Shown here: positions 1 through 10,600 of the stretch, in pieces | Numbering within the stretch: the stretch's first letter is position 1 | Layout of the letters: each line of letters starts with the position of its first letter | NCBI GenBank assembly: GCA_045105515.1 | Contig: JBGCDR010000407.1 | Location: forward strand, 1 to 34,472 | Direction: 5' to 3' | Origin: Oligoflexales bacterium | GTDB lineage: Bacteria; Bdellovibrionota_B; Oligoflexia; Oligoflexales; Bog-1112 | Length of the DNA: 34,472 bases | Notes under the pieces: generated by a model | Told to the model about the DNA's origin: nothing | What the model saw: only the letters and a program-made list of their open reading frames with translations | Databases searched by the model: none | Position numbers and translations under genes: made by a program

Positions 1-36
1 CTCATACCTTTGCTCATAAGTGAGATTGGCAGACAT
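1..36 (-). CDS. N-terminus of a putative IS30-family transposase (partial, 12 codons visible)
   Basis: Read manually: ATG TCT GCC AAT CTC ACT TAT GAG CAA AGG TAT GAG = MSANLTYEQRYE, with a good RBS. It resembles the M..xLTxEERYxI start of IS30 transposases (HTH_38). Only 12 residues are visible. Confidence 0.5.
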   Translation of the reverse strand, partial: MSANLTYEQRYE

Positions 37-89
37 AAATACCCCTTTCTTGCAAGCAGATTAGCCTCATAGACTAAACTAAATCCGCC
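1..89 (-). mobile_element. Probable left end of an IS30-family insertion sequence, running off the window
   Basis: The minus strand from 89 reads GGCGGATTTAGTTTAG..., a GGCGG start like the ends of several IS30-family elements as I recall them. It continues to an RBS AAAGGGG and, 5 nt later, ATG at 36 opening MSANLTYEQRYE. The + strand DUF1592 frame is closed by a stop (75-77) inside this segment. The second inverted repeat and target duplication are outside the window. Confidence 0.5.
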
Positions 90-1244
90 TTCCGAAGCGA
101 TGGAATTTTTTCTTCTGCACTTAATCTAGCAATCCGCCACCTCTTAAATGTTAATTGGCAAGATTTACTATTAAACAATAATGCATCATCATTAGAAACA
201 GAATTGATCAGTCTAATCTCAGATAGTAAGTCAAGATTTTTCATAACCAATTTTCTGAACCAATGGCTCGGACTTAGCGAAATCCCTCTTGATTTGGAAA
301 GACTAAGCAGCACAAATAAATACGAATCAGAGTTAAAATCTGAAAGCGAGCATTTTCTGCGCAATATAATATTAGAAAACGAACCTGTTAGCTCAATCAT
401 GAATGCCGATTATACTTATCTAAACCAATCTTTAGCTAACTACTATCAAGTAGGTATCGATAGCCTTGGAGCGCCTTATCAAAAAATAGTCCTATCCGAA
501 GTTCCCGAGCTAAATAATCGACGTGGTTTATTTACTCAAGCAAACTATTTAACAGTAGGGCGCAAAAGCGACCGCCCTGGTTCAGTTTCTAGAGGTGTGA
601 CTCTACTTACGCAGGTATTATGCCATGATTTAGGCGTTCCCTCAGGTGAATCCCCAGATCTAAGCGACATAGACAGGAGTTTACATACTGAAACAGCCTT
701 GTTTAGAATGGTAACTGAAACTCCGGGCTCAACTTGCATCGGGTGCCACCAAAGTATAAATCCAGTGAGTTTTAGCTTTGAAGTTTTTGATAAAAACGGT
801 CTTCATCCATATTCATCTAGGGATGGTAACGGAAGCATTCCTGAATATCTTATATATGATACTGTTGGAGTCGTAGGCCATTCTAGTGCTAACAGACCAA
901 ATATAAAGTCAGATATTTTTTTCCTAGACCAGAGAGGTGGTTCACTTAATATTTCTAACCATCATGGTCATAATATATCAGGTGATTTTAATAACCATTT
1001 TGAGCTGTTATCAATGTTAAGTGATAGTGAGGCGTTTAGTGAGTGCCTCACAGATCATCTATATGATTACATTATAGGGATGGAAGCAGAAAAAGGCATT
1101 CATCCATCTCATCCTGACAATTCTGATAGGCACTTTGCACAAACCTGCAGCAAACAAGATATAAACCAAAATTCTTCTGGATTAAGAGATATCATCATCA
1201 ATATTTTAAAAACTGAAGCTTTTAGAAATACGAGGAGAAACTAA
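90..1244 (+). pseudogene. DUF1592/DUF1588-domain protein, 5'-truncated
   Basis: Family-like motifs: FITNFLNQWLGL, ADYTYLNQSLANYY, RRGLFTQANYL, SVSRGV..TQVLC and CIGCHQSINPVSFSFEVFD (CxxCH). The frame is open from 78, with an in-frame TAA at 75-77. There is no signal peptide or N-terminal domain, and the ORF track start (TTG 204) lies mid-domain. Confidence 0.75.
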
Positions 1245-1246
1245 TC

Positions 1247-2887
1247 ATGGCAAATTTTTCGCGAAGAGATTTAATAAATTCTATTCTAAAAGGAAGCCTT
1301 TCACTACCTTTTGCCCTTTCACCCTTAAAAAAATATGCATGGGCACAAGGGACTCAAGGAAGCAGACCTTTACGTTTTATTACTATCACGTTACCTTATA
1401 GCCCTCGTACTGAAACCAATAATGGAACTAATTCTGATGATAACTTTATTAGAATCATGTGGGACAATTGCCCTCAATCAATAAGGCCCTATACCAGGTT
1501 TTTTTCTAATTTTAGCTATAATATTGAAGAGCCTTTCTGGCATGGCCTGGCAGGTTATAGTTATCTGCTTACCTGTAACCCAGTAAGCAATGCCAGAGCA
1601 AATCCTTCAGATAACCCACAGCCTGTATCCCTGGACTATGAAATAGCCCGTCTTATTGGCCAATCATTTCAGTCTTATGCAAACTTACCAACAACAACTC
1701 AAGATCCAATCAACAACTTAAACATGCCCTTAACTCTATTCGGACATAAGCCTTATTGGGGTGAGTACACAGGAAGTGATGCGCTATACTTTCCCCCTAC
1801 CACAGGATTCAACCTTGATGCTGAAGCTAATTTTGGCAGTTTTCTGAGCTATAGGCCAGACGGAACGGTCAAAAACCCTCTATATGCTGGCAGCGAAAAT
1901 GCCTATTCATCAATTTTCGGTGTACAAAATACCAATTCTGGGACACCGGTTCCAGAATCAAGTTTTGAACAAATTCTCAGACTCATTCATAATTCAGACA
2001 TTTCTAACTACATTGATTCAAAAGAGATTGAAACGGCTCAAGAAAGCCATAGCAAGATTTTGGACCTGCAGACTCGCATCAACAAACACACCGAATTTCT
2101 TAGATCGCAAAGAGAGGGAAGTTCTCAGAGCACTTGCAATTCGGTAAATACCACCTGGCCAGGAGTTCAAGCTCAATTCAATGACATAAATTCATACAAT
2201 TTCGAGGCTATAAAGCAAGTGATTCGTTGTGATCAACACCGTGTCATTAATTTTGCATTTACTGACTCTGAGGCAAATGGAATGTCCTATATTGATGCAA
2301 ACAGCCTTAATGGTACGAATATTCCTGGACTTACTAATATTGAAATTCACAATGCCACTCATCGAGAAATTGGTGGTATCGAACTGAATAATGACAGGAT
2401 GAATGGAATCTATTCTTATCTTTACAGCCAGATAGGCAGTCTTCTCAGTGATTTGGAACAAATGCCAGAGCCTTTAGCTCCTGGAAGTGGACAAAGTGTT
2501 CTAGATAATTCAATCATCTATATCACTGGGACTACCGGATTTCCCAATGTTCACTCTGCTAATAATATGGCTATAGCATTAGTTGGGGGTGGGAAGTACC
2601 TAGAAAACTGATCTCATTTGTTACCCAAATTCACTCAAAATGGTAATGGAGACTACTCTTCCCATGTTTTTGATGGAGCTGATGCATACGATGCTTCATT
2701 CCCAAGTTATGCTGGGAATGACAAAGTTGCAAATCTACAGCTTTCACTTTTAAAGCTCTTTGGTTCCACTCGCAACTCTTGGGGGCATGCTGGAGGGCGA
2801 ACATTCACTGATGCTCGATCAAATAATGACAGTGATTTGATTGATTTTTCGCGTCCCGGCAGATCAGGACAGTATCGACTTGGATAA
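1247..2887 (+). pseudogene. DUF1552-family Tat-exported protein interrupted by an in-frame TGA at 2609-2611
   Basis: Tat signal SRRDLI...AWA; SVLDNSII, H-SANNM and LVGGG motifs. ORFs 1247-2611 and 2618-2887 share a frame, giving GGGKYLEN*SHLL. The second piece carries the typical C-terminal ANLQLSLLKLFG...SWG motif. It starts 2 nt after the DUF1592 gene, the usual pairing. Confidence 0.75.
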
Positions 2888-2925
2888 CAGAAAACATGCG
2901 GAAATTTTACTACGTATTTCTAGAC

Positions 2926-4767
2926 TCACTTATTCGGGTGCAAATAATAATACAGGTCCTTAGCAATCCTAGCTGTAACCCCCTTTACGCCTACTAATTG
3001 CTCAAGGCTCGCATTTTGAATGCCCTCTATATCAGAAAAAGTTTCAAACAAGCGTTTCCTCAGAGTTGGGCCAATACCTTTGACGTTTTCAAGGGTTGAA
3101 GATTGTTTAAGAGAGCTTCGTCGCTTCCGGTGTTGGGTGATCGCAAATCTGTGAGCCTCATCTCTCAATTGGGTCATAAGTCTAAATACGCTACTACCTC
3201 TTTCGAGGGATATGGGAGTTTTTGCACCTGGTTTAAATATTCTTTCAGAGGAGTACTCAGGAACACCTGTATCTACCTGCTCTCCTTTCTTAGCCCTACT
3301 CTTTGCAATGCCTACGAATTCAATAGATATATCGGGAAACTCTTTTTTCGCACTCAAAGCAGCGTTAAGCTGTCCTTTACCACCATCTATTATGATCAAA
3401 TCAGGAAATTCTTCTTCTCTTTTTGCTCTTTCCAATCTTTTATAAACCACTTCCATAATACAAGCATAATCATCAGGATTATCTGCTTCGTCATGCAAAT
3501 TATAGAGCCGGTATAATGACTTTTCGGGGCTTCCATTTTTAAAGGCTACTACAGAACCAACCGTTGCAGTACCTTGAATATGTGAAATATCTATGCACTC
3601 AATCCACCGGGGAATCTTCGATAGACTCAAGAGATTTTTTGTAGCTTCCAAAATGACCAGATATTTCTGTTTCCTCCTTTGAAATTCTTCAAAAAGAAAG
3701 CGAGCATTTCTGCAAGCCATGAAATGCAGTTCCTTCTCTTCGGTGTCTTTCGCTCTCAAAATCTGTGTACGCTGATTCCCAAGAGCTAGTATTAAACTAT
3801 TAAGGTTTGATATCTTAAAGGGTACAAAAATGATTTCTGGAACTTCTCTTTGCTCATAATATTGCATCAGAAATGCGACCAGAGCTTCTTCTTGAGTTTG
3901 CAAAGGGAGCGCCAGATCGAAATGTTCATGTCCTACCAAACAAAAATCCCGTATGGTTAAGACATGAAAAGATAGATCATTTCCTTCACTATAAAAACCA
4001 ATAGAATCAGCATTTTCAATTTCATTGAAAACTACTGAATTCCTGCTTTGAAAATCAGATAAAGCTGCTATTTGGTCCCGTAGCTGGGCAGCAAGCTCAA
4101 AGTTAAGCTCTTTAGCAGCATGTTTCATTCTGTCTTTAAGATCAACAATCACATTTTGATTGTTCCCTTTTATTACCTCGACTGCAGCTAATACAGTTTT
4201 CTTATACTCTTGAGAGTCAACCTTAAGACTACAAGGACCCAGGCATTTATTCATATGGTAATAATTACAGGGCCTTTTGGCTCTCTCAAATTCATAAACG
4301 CTACAGCGAACCAAAGGAAACGAATTCATAACCGTTTCTAAAACACTATTTAATTGGCTAACATATGGAAACGGGCCAATATAGAGAGCTCCATCAGATT
4401 TTCTTCTACGTACTTTTTTTATTCTTGGCCAATCACTTTTAATATCTACTTTTATAAACGGGTATTCTTTATCGTCCCTTAATAAAACGTTGAAGTGAGG
4501 CTTATGATGTTTAATCAATGTTCTTTCGAGTAAGAGAGCATCCGCTTCAGTTTCGACAATCATCACACTGACATCACGTATTTCTGCAACCAAAGCCCTG
4601 GTTCTGGGAAATAGGCTTTCCTCACTCCTGAAATAAGAAGGAACTCTTTTTTTAAGGTTTTTAGCCTTGCCAACATAGATTATTTTCTGGTGTTGATCTT
4701 TAAAAAGATAAACTCCACTCTCACTAGGAAGGTGCTTAAGTTTTTCATTGATCTGATTCGTTGTCAT
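2926..4767 (-). CDS. uvrC: Excinuclease ABC subunit C
   Basis: GIY-YIG (GVYLF...IIYVGKAKNL), Cys cluster RC...RPC...KCLGPC, UVR domain FELAAQLRD, RNase H-like DISH/DDY/DGGKGQ, RDEAHRFA and C-terminal HhH (GIGP). Confidence 0.98.
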   Translation of the reverse strand: MTTNQINEKLKHLPSESGVYLFKDQHQKIIYVGKAKNLKKRVPSYFRSEESLFPRTRALVAEIRDVSVMIVETEADALLLERTLIKHHKPHFNVLLRDDKEYPFIKVDIKSDWPRIKKVRRRKSDGALYIGPFPYVSQLNSVLETVMNSFPLVRCSVYEFERAKRPCNYYHMNKCLGPCSLKVDSQEYKKTVLAAVEVIKGNNQNVIVDLKDRMKHAAKELNFELAAQLRDQIAALSDFQSRNSVVFNEIENADSIGFYSEGNDLSFHVLTIRDFCLVGHEHFDLALPLQTQEEALVAFLMQYYEQREVPEIIFVPFKISNLNSLILALGNQRTQILRAKDTEEKELHFMACRNARFLFEEFQRRKQKYLVILEATKNLLSLSKIPRWIECIDISHIQGTATVGSVVAFKNGSPEKSLYRLYNLHDEADNPDDYACIMEVVYKRLERAKREEEFPDLIIIDGGKGQLNAALSAKKEFPDISIEFVGIAKSRAKKGEQVDTGVPEYSSERIFKPGAKTPISLERGSSVFRLMTQLRDEAHRFAITQHRKRRSSLKQSSTLENVKGIGPTLRKRLFETFSDIEGIQNASLEQLVGVKGVTARIAKDLYYYLHPNK

Positions 4768-4791
4768 TAATCAGGACACCTCTCAATAGCT

Positions 4792-6825
4792 TTATTGATC
4801 ACCAGCAATCAGCAACATTACAGCAGACATTTCCTTAAGTTCGTCACGAAGTAATGCTGCTTTTTCAAACTCTAGTAGACCTGAAGCTTTGTGCATTTCC
4901 TTGGTTTTTTTTCTGATTAAAGATTCCAACTGCTTTGGAGTCGAAACATTCCAAGACTCCATCTTTTTACTTGGATTAAAATCATCAAGACTTTGACTTG
5001 AGTCTGACTGTTTTTCCTTTTTAACCAAACCATAAACAGCTCGCAAATCTTTCCCAATGGCTTTCAATACTGTTTTAGGAGTTATCCCATACTGCATGTT
5101 ATAGTTTTGCTGAATTTCTCGCCTCCTATCAGTCTCTTTCATCGCTTCTTCCATGGCATCGCTCACTGTGTCACCATAGAAGATGACTTTAGCCTCACTA
5201 TTCCTGGCTGCGCGCCCAACTATTTGGATCAAAGAGCTTCGAGATCTTAAGAAACCTGCTTTATCGGCATCCATCACTGCTACTAGCTGTACTTCAGGCA
5301 AATCCAGCCCTTCTCTAAGAAGGTTAATCCCAATTAAAATATCAAAAACTCCCTGCCTCAACTCTTTGAGGAGTTCTGCGCGATCTAGAGTATCAATATC
5401 AGAGTGAAGATAACGAACTTTGAATCCCATATCTTGATAGTAGGTACAGAGATCTTCTGACATTTTCTTGGTTAGGGTAGTAACCAGTACTCGCCCTTGT
5501 CTGTTGACAACGATTTTCATCTTCCCAACTAGATCGTCAACCTGCCTGGAAGCGGGTACCACTTCAATTTCAGGATCAAGTAAGCCTGTCGGCCTTATAA
5601 TTTGCTCAGAAAAGTTCTCTCCTCCAATATCATACTCATAAGAACCAGGAGTTGCTGATACATACAGCACTTGATGGCATCGTTCTTTGAACTCATCAAA
5701 AGAGAGAGGACGGTTATCTAAAGCAGAAGGCAAGCGAAAGCCAAAATCCACCAAGGTTTGTTTACGAGCTCGATCCCCTCGATACATCCCTCTAATTTGA
5801 GGAACAGTAATGTGGCTCTCATCAATAATAGTTAAAAAATCCTTTGGAAAATAGTCAAGCAAACAAGGTGGTGCCTCTCCAGGTTTCTTGCCCGTAAGAT
5901 ATCGAGAATAGTTCTCAATACCTGGACAGAAACCAAGTTGTTCAAATGCTTCCACATCCTGCATAGTTCTCTGCTCTAAACGTTGCGCTTCGACCAGTTT
6001 ATTCTCAGCATGTAAACTCCTCAGTCTTATTCCCAAGTCGCTCAATACCTCACTGACAATCTTCTGTATGGATTTCTTCTCTGTAACATAATGACTCCCG
6101 GGATAAATTGAGATTTCTTCTACTGAGCTCAAGCGCTTACCTGTTAATGCATCAACTAAATGTAAAGATTCGACTTCATCTCCGAAAAAGGATATTCTTA
6201 GGGCTTCGTCTTTTTGATGAGCAGGAAGCACATCCACTAGATCCCCTCGCACTCGAAAATGCCCTCTTTGCAATTGCATATCGTTGCGGTTATATTGAAT
6301 ATCAATAAGGGATCTTAAGACCTCATCCCTACTGATCTCTTGTCCAACATTTAGTTTTAAAACCTGTTGTAAGTAAGCTTGGGGAGACCCGAGTCCATAA
6401 ATGCAACTTACACTAGCAACAATCACAGTATGTTTTTTTTCAAAAAGAAACTGTGTTGCTTCATGTCGCATTTTATCAATATCTTCATTGATTGAGCTGT
6501 CCTTTGCAATATAGGTATCACTAGAAGGAACATATGCCTCTGGCTGGAAGTAATCATAGTAGCTGATAAAATAGCCCACAGCATCGTTGGGGAAAAAAGA
6601 CTTAAACTCTAGATATAACTGTGCAGCAAGTGTTTTATTGGGAGCTACCACTAAGGTTGGAGCTTCTAGCTTTTTAATAACATTAGCCATGGTAAAGGTT
6701 TTACCTGAACCCGTGACACCTAATAAGACATGATCTTTTTTTCCGCTTTGAAATGCTGACACAATTTCTTGTATAGCATGCGGCTGATCGCCACTGGGTT
6801 TGAAATCCGATACGATTTGAAACAC
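4792..6825 (-). CDS. uvrB: Excinuclease ABC subunit B
   Basis: Walker A GVTGSGKT, beta-hairpin YYDYFQPEAY, DESH, GFRLPSALDNRPL, GINLLREGLDLPEV, GRAARN and C-terminal UVR FEKAALLRD. Start moved to GTG at 6825, which follows a GGAGG RBS, instead of the ORF-track TTG at 6870. Confidence 0.98.
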   Translation of the reverse strand: MFQIVSDFKPSGDQPHAIQEIVSAFQSGKKDHVLLGVTGSGKTFTMANVIKKLEAPTLVVAPNKTLAAQLYLEFKSFFPNDAVGYFISYYDYFQPEAYVPSSDTYIAKDSSINEDIDKMRHEATQFLFEKKHTVIVASVSCIYGLGSPQAYLQQVLKLNVGQEISRDEVLRSLIDIQYNRNDMQLQRGHFRVRGDLVDVLPAHQKDEALRISFFGDEVESLHLVDALTGKRLSSVEEISIYPGSHYVTEKKSIQKIVSEVLSDLGIRLRSLHAENKLVEAQRLEQRTMQDVEAFEQLGFCPGIENYSRYLTGKKPGEAPPCLLDYFPKDFLTIIDESHITVPQIRGMYRGDRARKQTLVDFGFRLPSALDNRPLSFDEFKERCHQVLYVSATPGSYEYDIGGENFSEQIIRPTGLLDPEIEVVPASRQVDDLVGKMKIVVNRQGRVLVTTLTKKMSEDLCTYYQDMGFKVRYLHSDIDTLDRAELLKELRQGVFDILIGINLLREGLDLPEVQLVAVMDADKAGFLRSRSSLIQIVGRAARNSEAKVIFYGDTVSDAMEEAMKETDRRREIQQNYNMQYGITPKTVLKAIGKDLRAVYGLVKKEKQSDSSQSLDDFNPSKKMESWNVSTPKQLESLIRKKTKEMHKASGLLEFEKAALLRDELKEMSAVMLLIAGDQ

Positions 6826-7029
6826 TCTAAAAGGCCTCCATGAAAAATATTTGGGAAGTAATTTATTCAAGAGTCAAGCGAACAAAATGCTTTTGGCGGA
6901 CAAAAGTCACTTAAAGTTTTTTGAAACTCATGTAAAATTGTTGGACCAGATATAGAAATAATGCTAGATGATATTCATCGAACATACTGGGTAGTCCCAT
7001 TGGTATCTGTAATAGTTTAAGGGGGTTCA

Positions 7030-7650
7030 GTGTTGCATCTGTGTCACAGCTTTTTTTTGGTGATAACACTTCTAGTTTCCTCTCACGCCTACTCTTGGTG
7101 GATGTGGACGCCTGGTGATCACGTTGATGATTCGACCCAAAGCATGATCGGGCAAGGCTACCATCCTGATCAGCCCATACCCTTCAGCCACAAAATTCAT
7201 GCTGGGGATAGACAAATCCCATGTGAGTTCTGCCATTCGTCTGCCAGGCGATCCATTACAGCTGGCATCCCTGCTGTATCGAGTTGTATGGGATGTCATA
7301 AGTTTGTCAATACAGATGCAGAGCCCATCAAATACCTCAAAGAAAAATATGATAAAAACGAGCCTGTCGAATGGACTAAGGTTCATGACCTACCTGACTA
7401 CGTCCGTTTCAGTCACAAAGTCCACATGCAGGCTAAAGGCGATGACGGCAAACTTCTGCTAGGTGACAGCCCTGATGAAGTATGTATGGCCTGCCATGGT
7501 CCAGTCAAGGAAATGGGTACTGCCGAACAGTGGGCTCCCCTTCAAATGGGCTGGTGCATAGGTTGCCACAACACAGTAAAGACGCCGGCAAAGGATGGAA
7601 AGCCTGCGGCTACTTACGCCCCAGTCAGCTGTAATACTTGTCACTATTAA
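7030..7650 (+). CDS. actA: Alternative complex III pentaheme cytochrome c subunit
   Basis: Five CxxCH motifs (CEFCH, CMGCH, CMACH, CIGCH, CNTCH), plus QPIPFSHKIH, VHDLPDYVRFSH and MGWC. First gene of the act operon; RBS AAGGGGG. Confidence 0.93.
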   Translation: MLHLCHSFFLVITLLVSSHAYSWWMWTPGDHVDDSTQSMIGQGYHPDQPIPFSHKIHAGDRQIPCEFCHSSARRSITAGIPAVSSCMGCHKFVNTDAEPIKYLKEKYDKNEPVEWTKVHDLPDYVRFSHKVHMQAKGDDGKLLLGDSPDEVCMACHGPVKEMGTAEQWAPLQMGWCIGCHNTVKTPAKDGKPAATYAPVSCNTCHY

Positions 7651-7689
7651 TACATTTGTCGGTGAAACCACCCTGCGGGAGATGATGCT

Positions 7690-10600
7690 TTGAGCTTGGA
7701 ACATGACAAAGATGAACTAGCAAAACTCGAACACAAGCCCCATGTTGAAGCGCCTGATGGAGATTTTGAAGCTCCTGCTAAGGAGCTTGTCCCAGGCCCC
7801 TACTACATGGCAGCAGACGAACGCATGCCCGAACTTGCAGCAGATGAACCATCTATGAATGGCCCAAACTTGGACAGTAAAGGAAAGCCTTTTCCAGTGG
7901 ACCGCCGAGATTTCATGCGCCTTTTTAGTGCTAGCGCCATGTTTGGAGCCACAGCTTGTATTAGAAGGCCTGCAGAAACGGCGATACCCTATGTGAAGCA
8001 ACCAATAGACCAAGTACCTGGAGTCGCAACAAACTATGCAACTACATGTGGGGATTGTGCTTCTGCATGCGGTATTGTGGTCAAAACTCGCGAAGGTCGT
8101 CCCGTAAAGCTAGAAGGATCTGATGAACATCCCATCAGTCAGGGAGCTTTATGTGCAATGGGCCAAGCAAGTATACAAGGACTATACCACCCTGAGCGCT
8201 TAAATGGTCCGCATATACGCCATGGAAGGCGTCTTGATCCTGCAAATTGGGATGAAACCTTTGCACAGATAACTGATCAACTCAAAGGAAAAACCAAAGT
8301 CGGAATCTTTACCTCAGGTTCAACTGGTCACCGCAACGAGTTCCTAAGCCAGGTGCTAAACAACATCGGTTCCTCTGAAGAACATTTATATGCTTGGGAA
8401 CCGAATAGTCTTTTCTCCTCAATCTCCAAGGCTCACGAGTTAGCATTCGGCCATGCAGATCTTCCTCGTCTAGAATTGCCTTTAGCAAAAGTAATAGTCG
8501 GGATTGGCAGCGATTTTCTTGAAGTGGGAACCTCACCAGTTTACCATACAAAAGGCTTTGCTCTTTCTCACGCATTTAAAAATGGTCGCAAAGGCCTTTT
8601 TGTGCAGCTAGAATCTAATTTTAGCCTCACTGGCTCAAGTGCCGACCAGCGTCATATCATAAAACCGGGCAGCGAAACCACGAGCACCTTATTATTGGTT
8701 AAGTCGCTCTTCGAAAATTCAGCCTCCAAAGGTTCTCCAGGCGCCAGAAATAAAATAAAAGCTATTTTGGATGAACATAAATCTAAGCTTAAGAATGCTT
8801 ATACTGATGTTGGTACTTCAAAAGATATTTTTGATGAGCTAGCAAACAAGTTGCTGCAAGAACCTTCAGTAGTTGTTGCAGGAGGAAGCTCAAATTTTGA
8901 TGAAAATGCTACTCTTCTGCAGTTGGCTACCATTATGGCAAATCAACTTACAGGAGCATATGGCAGAACACTAAAATTCGAAAAAGGTTGGATGAATTCG
9001 CCTGTCAAGTCAGGTGAACTCCAACGATTTTTGAAAAACTCTGAACAGTTAGAAGCTTTAATAGTCATCGACAGTAATCCTGTATTTTCTACTCCTGATT
9101 CCTGGGCTGTTGAAAAGGCGTTGGACAAAATTCCCCTCATTATTTCGATCCAATCTTTTCCTAATGAAATAGATCACTTTGCTAAATTTGTTCTACCTAA
9201 CCACCACTATTTAGAAGCTTGGGGAGACGAACAAAGCATTGCAGGAGTCTGGTCCACTAGACAACCAACCGTACGCTCCACCACCAACAGTCGGCAAGCA
9301 GAGGATATCTTATTATGGATCCTTGCCTACATGGACAAGAGCCTACCATATAAAGATTATCAGGCCTTTCTCAAGGATAAATGGCGAGCCATCTACGCTG
9401 TATCGGGAGTGAAGCACGACTATGATGTCTTTTTTAAATTTGTATTAAAACGTGGATTCGTTGGATCTTTATCAAGTCGAAGTGTCGGCGAATTAAGGGA
9501 TCTAAAAAGCTATTTCCCTTCTTTACCAGTGAGTAAAAAAGGCTTCGTCTTGTGCAGTCCTCTCGATCATAGACTACAAGATGGACGTGGTGCTAACTTA
9601 CCAGTTCTGCAGGAAACTCCAGATAGCATGACGTCAGTTACCTGGGACACATGGATTGCGATCAACCCAAAAACCATGAAAAAACAAGGTATCAAGCAAA
9701 ACCAGCTAGTCCAGATTGAAACCAACAGCGGCACCATCAGAGCTGCCGCATACCCTCTCCCTGGCCTGGAACCAAACACTTTAATTGTTCCCAGAGGCAA
9801 TGGTCATACCGATGAACGCAGCACTATCTCATTTAATAATGGGGTAAACCCTCTTCCTGTGTTTGCAAAAAATATTGATAAATTAAGTGGGGAGCCAGTT
9901 ACTTCTTTGCAAGAGGTAAAAATCACAGCAACAAAAGATTGGTACCGACTTGCAGCAACTCAGAAGCAAAATGACATTGCAAATCGTAACGAAATAGTGA
10001 AAAAGCTATCTCTCACCAATGCAAAGAAGATTCAAAATAAGTCGGTTGACTTAGACACAGTCCCAGACCTTTATCCCAATCTTGAAAAAGCCACTCATCA
10101 CTGGGGCATGTCTGTTGATTTAGACAAATGTAATGGCTGCGGCGCTTGTATGGTAGCATGCTCACTAGAGAATAATGTTCCCCAAGTAGGGCGCGAGCAG
10201 ATTCTTCTAGGACGGACGATGCATTGGATACGTTTGGATCGCTATTTTTATGGCGAAATTGACAATCCATCGGTAACCTACCAGCCGGTGATGTGCCAGC
10301 ATTGCAATCATGCTCCTTGTGAAGCTGTTTGCCCAGTTTTTGCGACGACTCATGATCCAGAAGGCATGAATTCGATGACCTACAACCGTTGTGTAGGAAC
10401 TCGCTATTGTGCAAATGCATGTCCATATAAAGTGAGGCGCTTTAACTGGTGGACTCATAAATGGGGAACCATGGGAAAACGGGAACAAGATCGCAATCCT
10501 CGAGCATTAAACCCAGATGTTACTGTTCGAACCAGAGGGGTGATGGAGAAATGTTCCTTTTGCGTGGGTCGCCTCCGTGATGCTAAACATTATGCAAAAC

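Noticed and set aside
1..72. + frame 1 peptide ...KYPFLASRLAS* resembling the DUF1592 LASRLSY motif
   Set aside because: It would require extra lesions (a stop plus a frameshift) to join the downstream frame. The minus-strand IS30-like start with an RBS explains the same bases more simply. Kept only as the alternative hypothesis.
2609..2660. Selenocysteine or genome-wide TGA=Gly recoding for the DUF1552 stop
   Set aside because: The position corresponds to Gly, not Cys, and the weak downstream hairpin has a long loop without G. actB, actE, actF, uvrC and hflX all end normally at TGA, so code 25 is excluded.
6826..6870. N-terminal extension of UvrB in the ORF track
   Set aside because: It contains the GGAGG RBS for GTG 6825, and UvrB-like sequence begins there.
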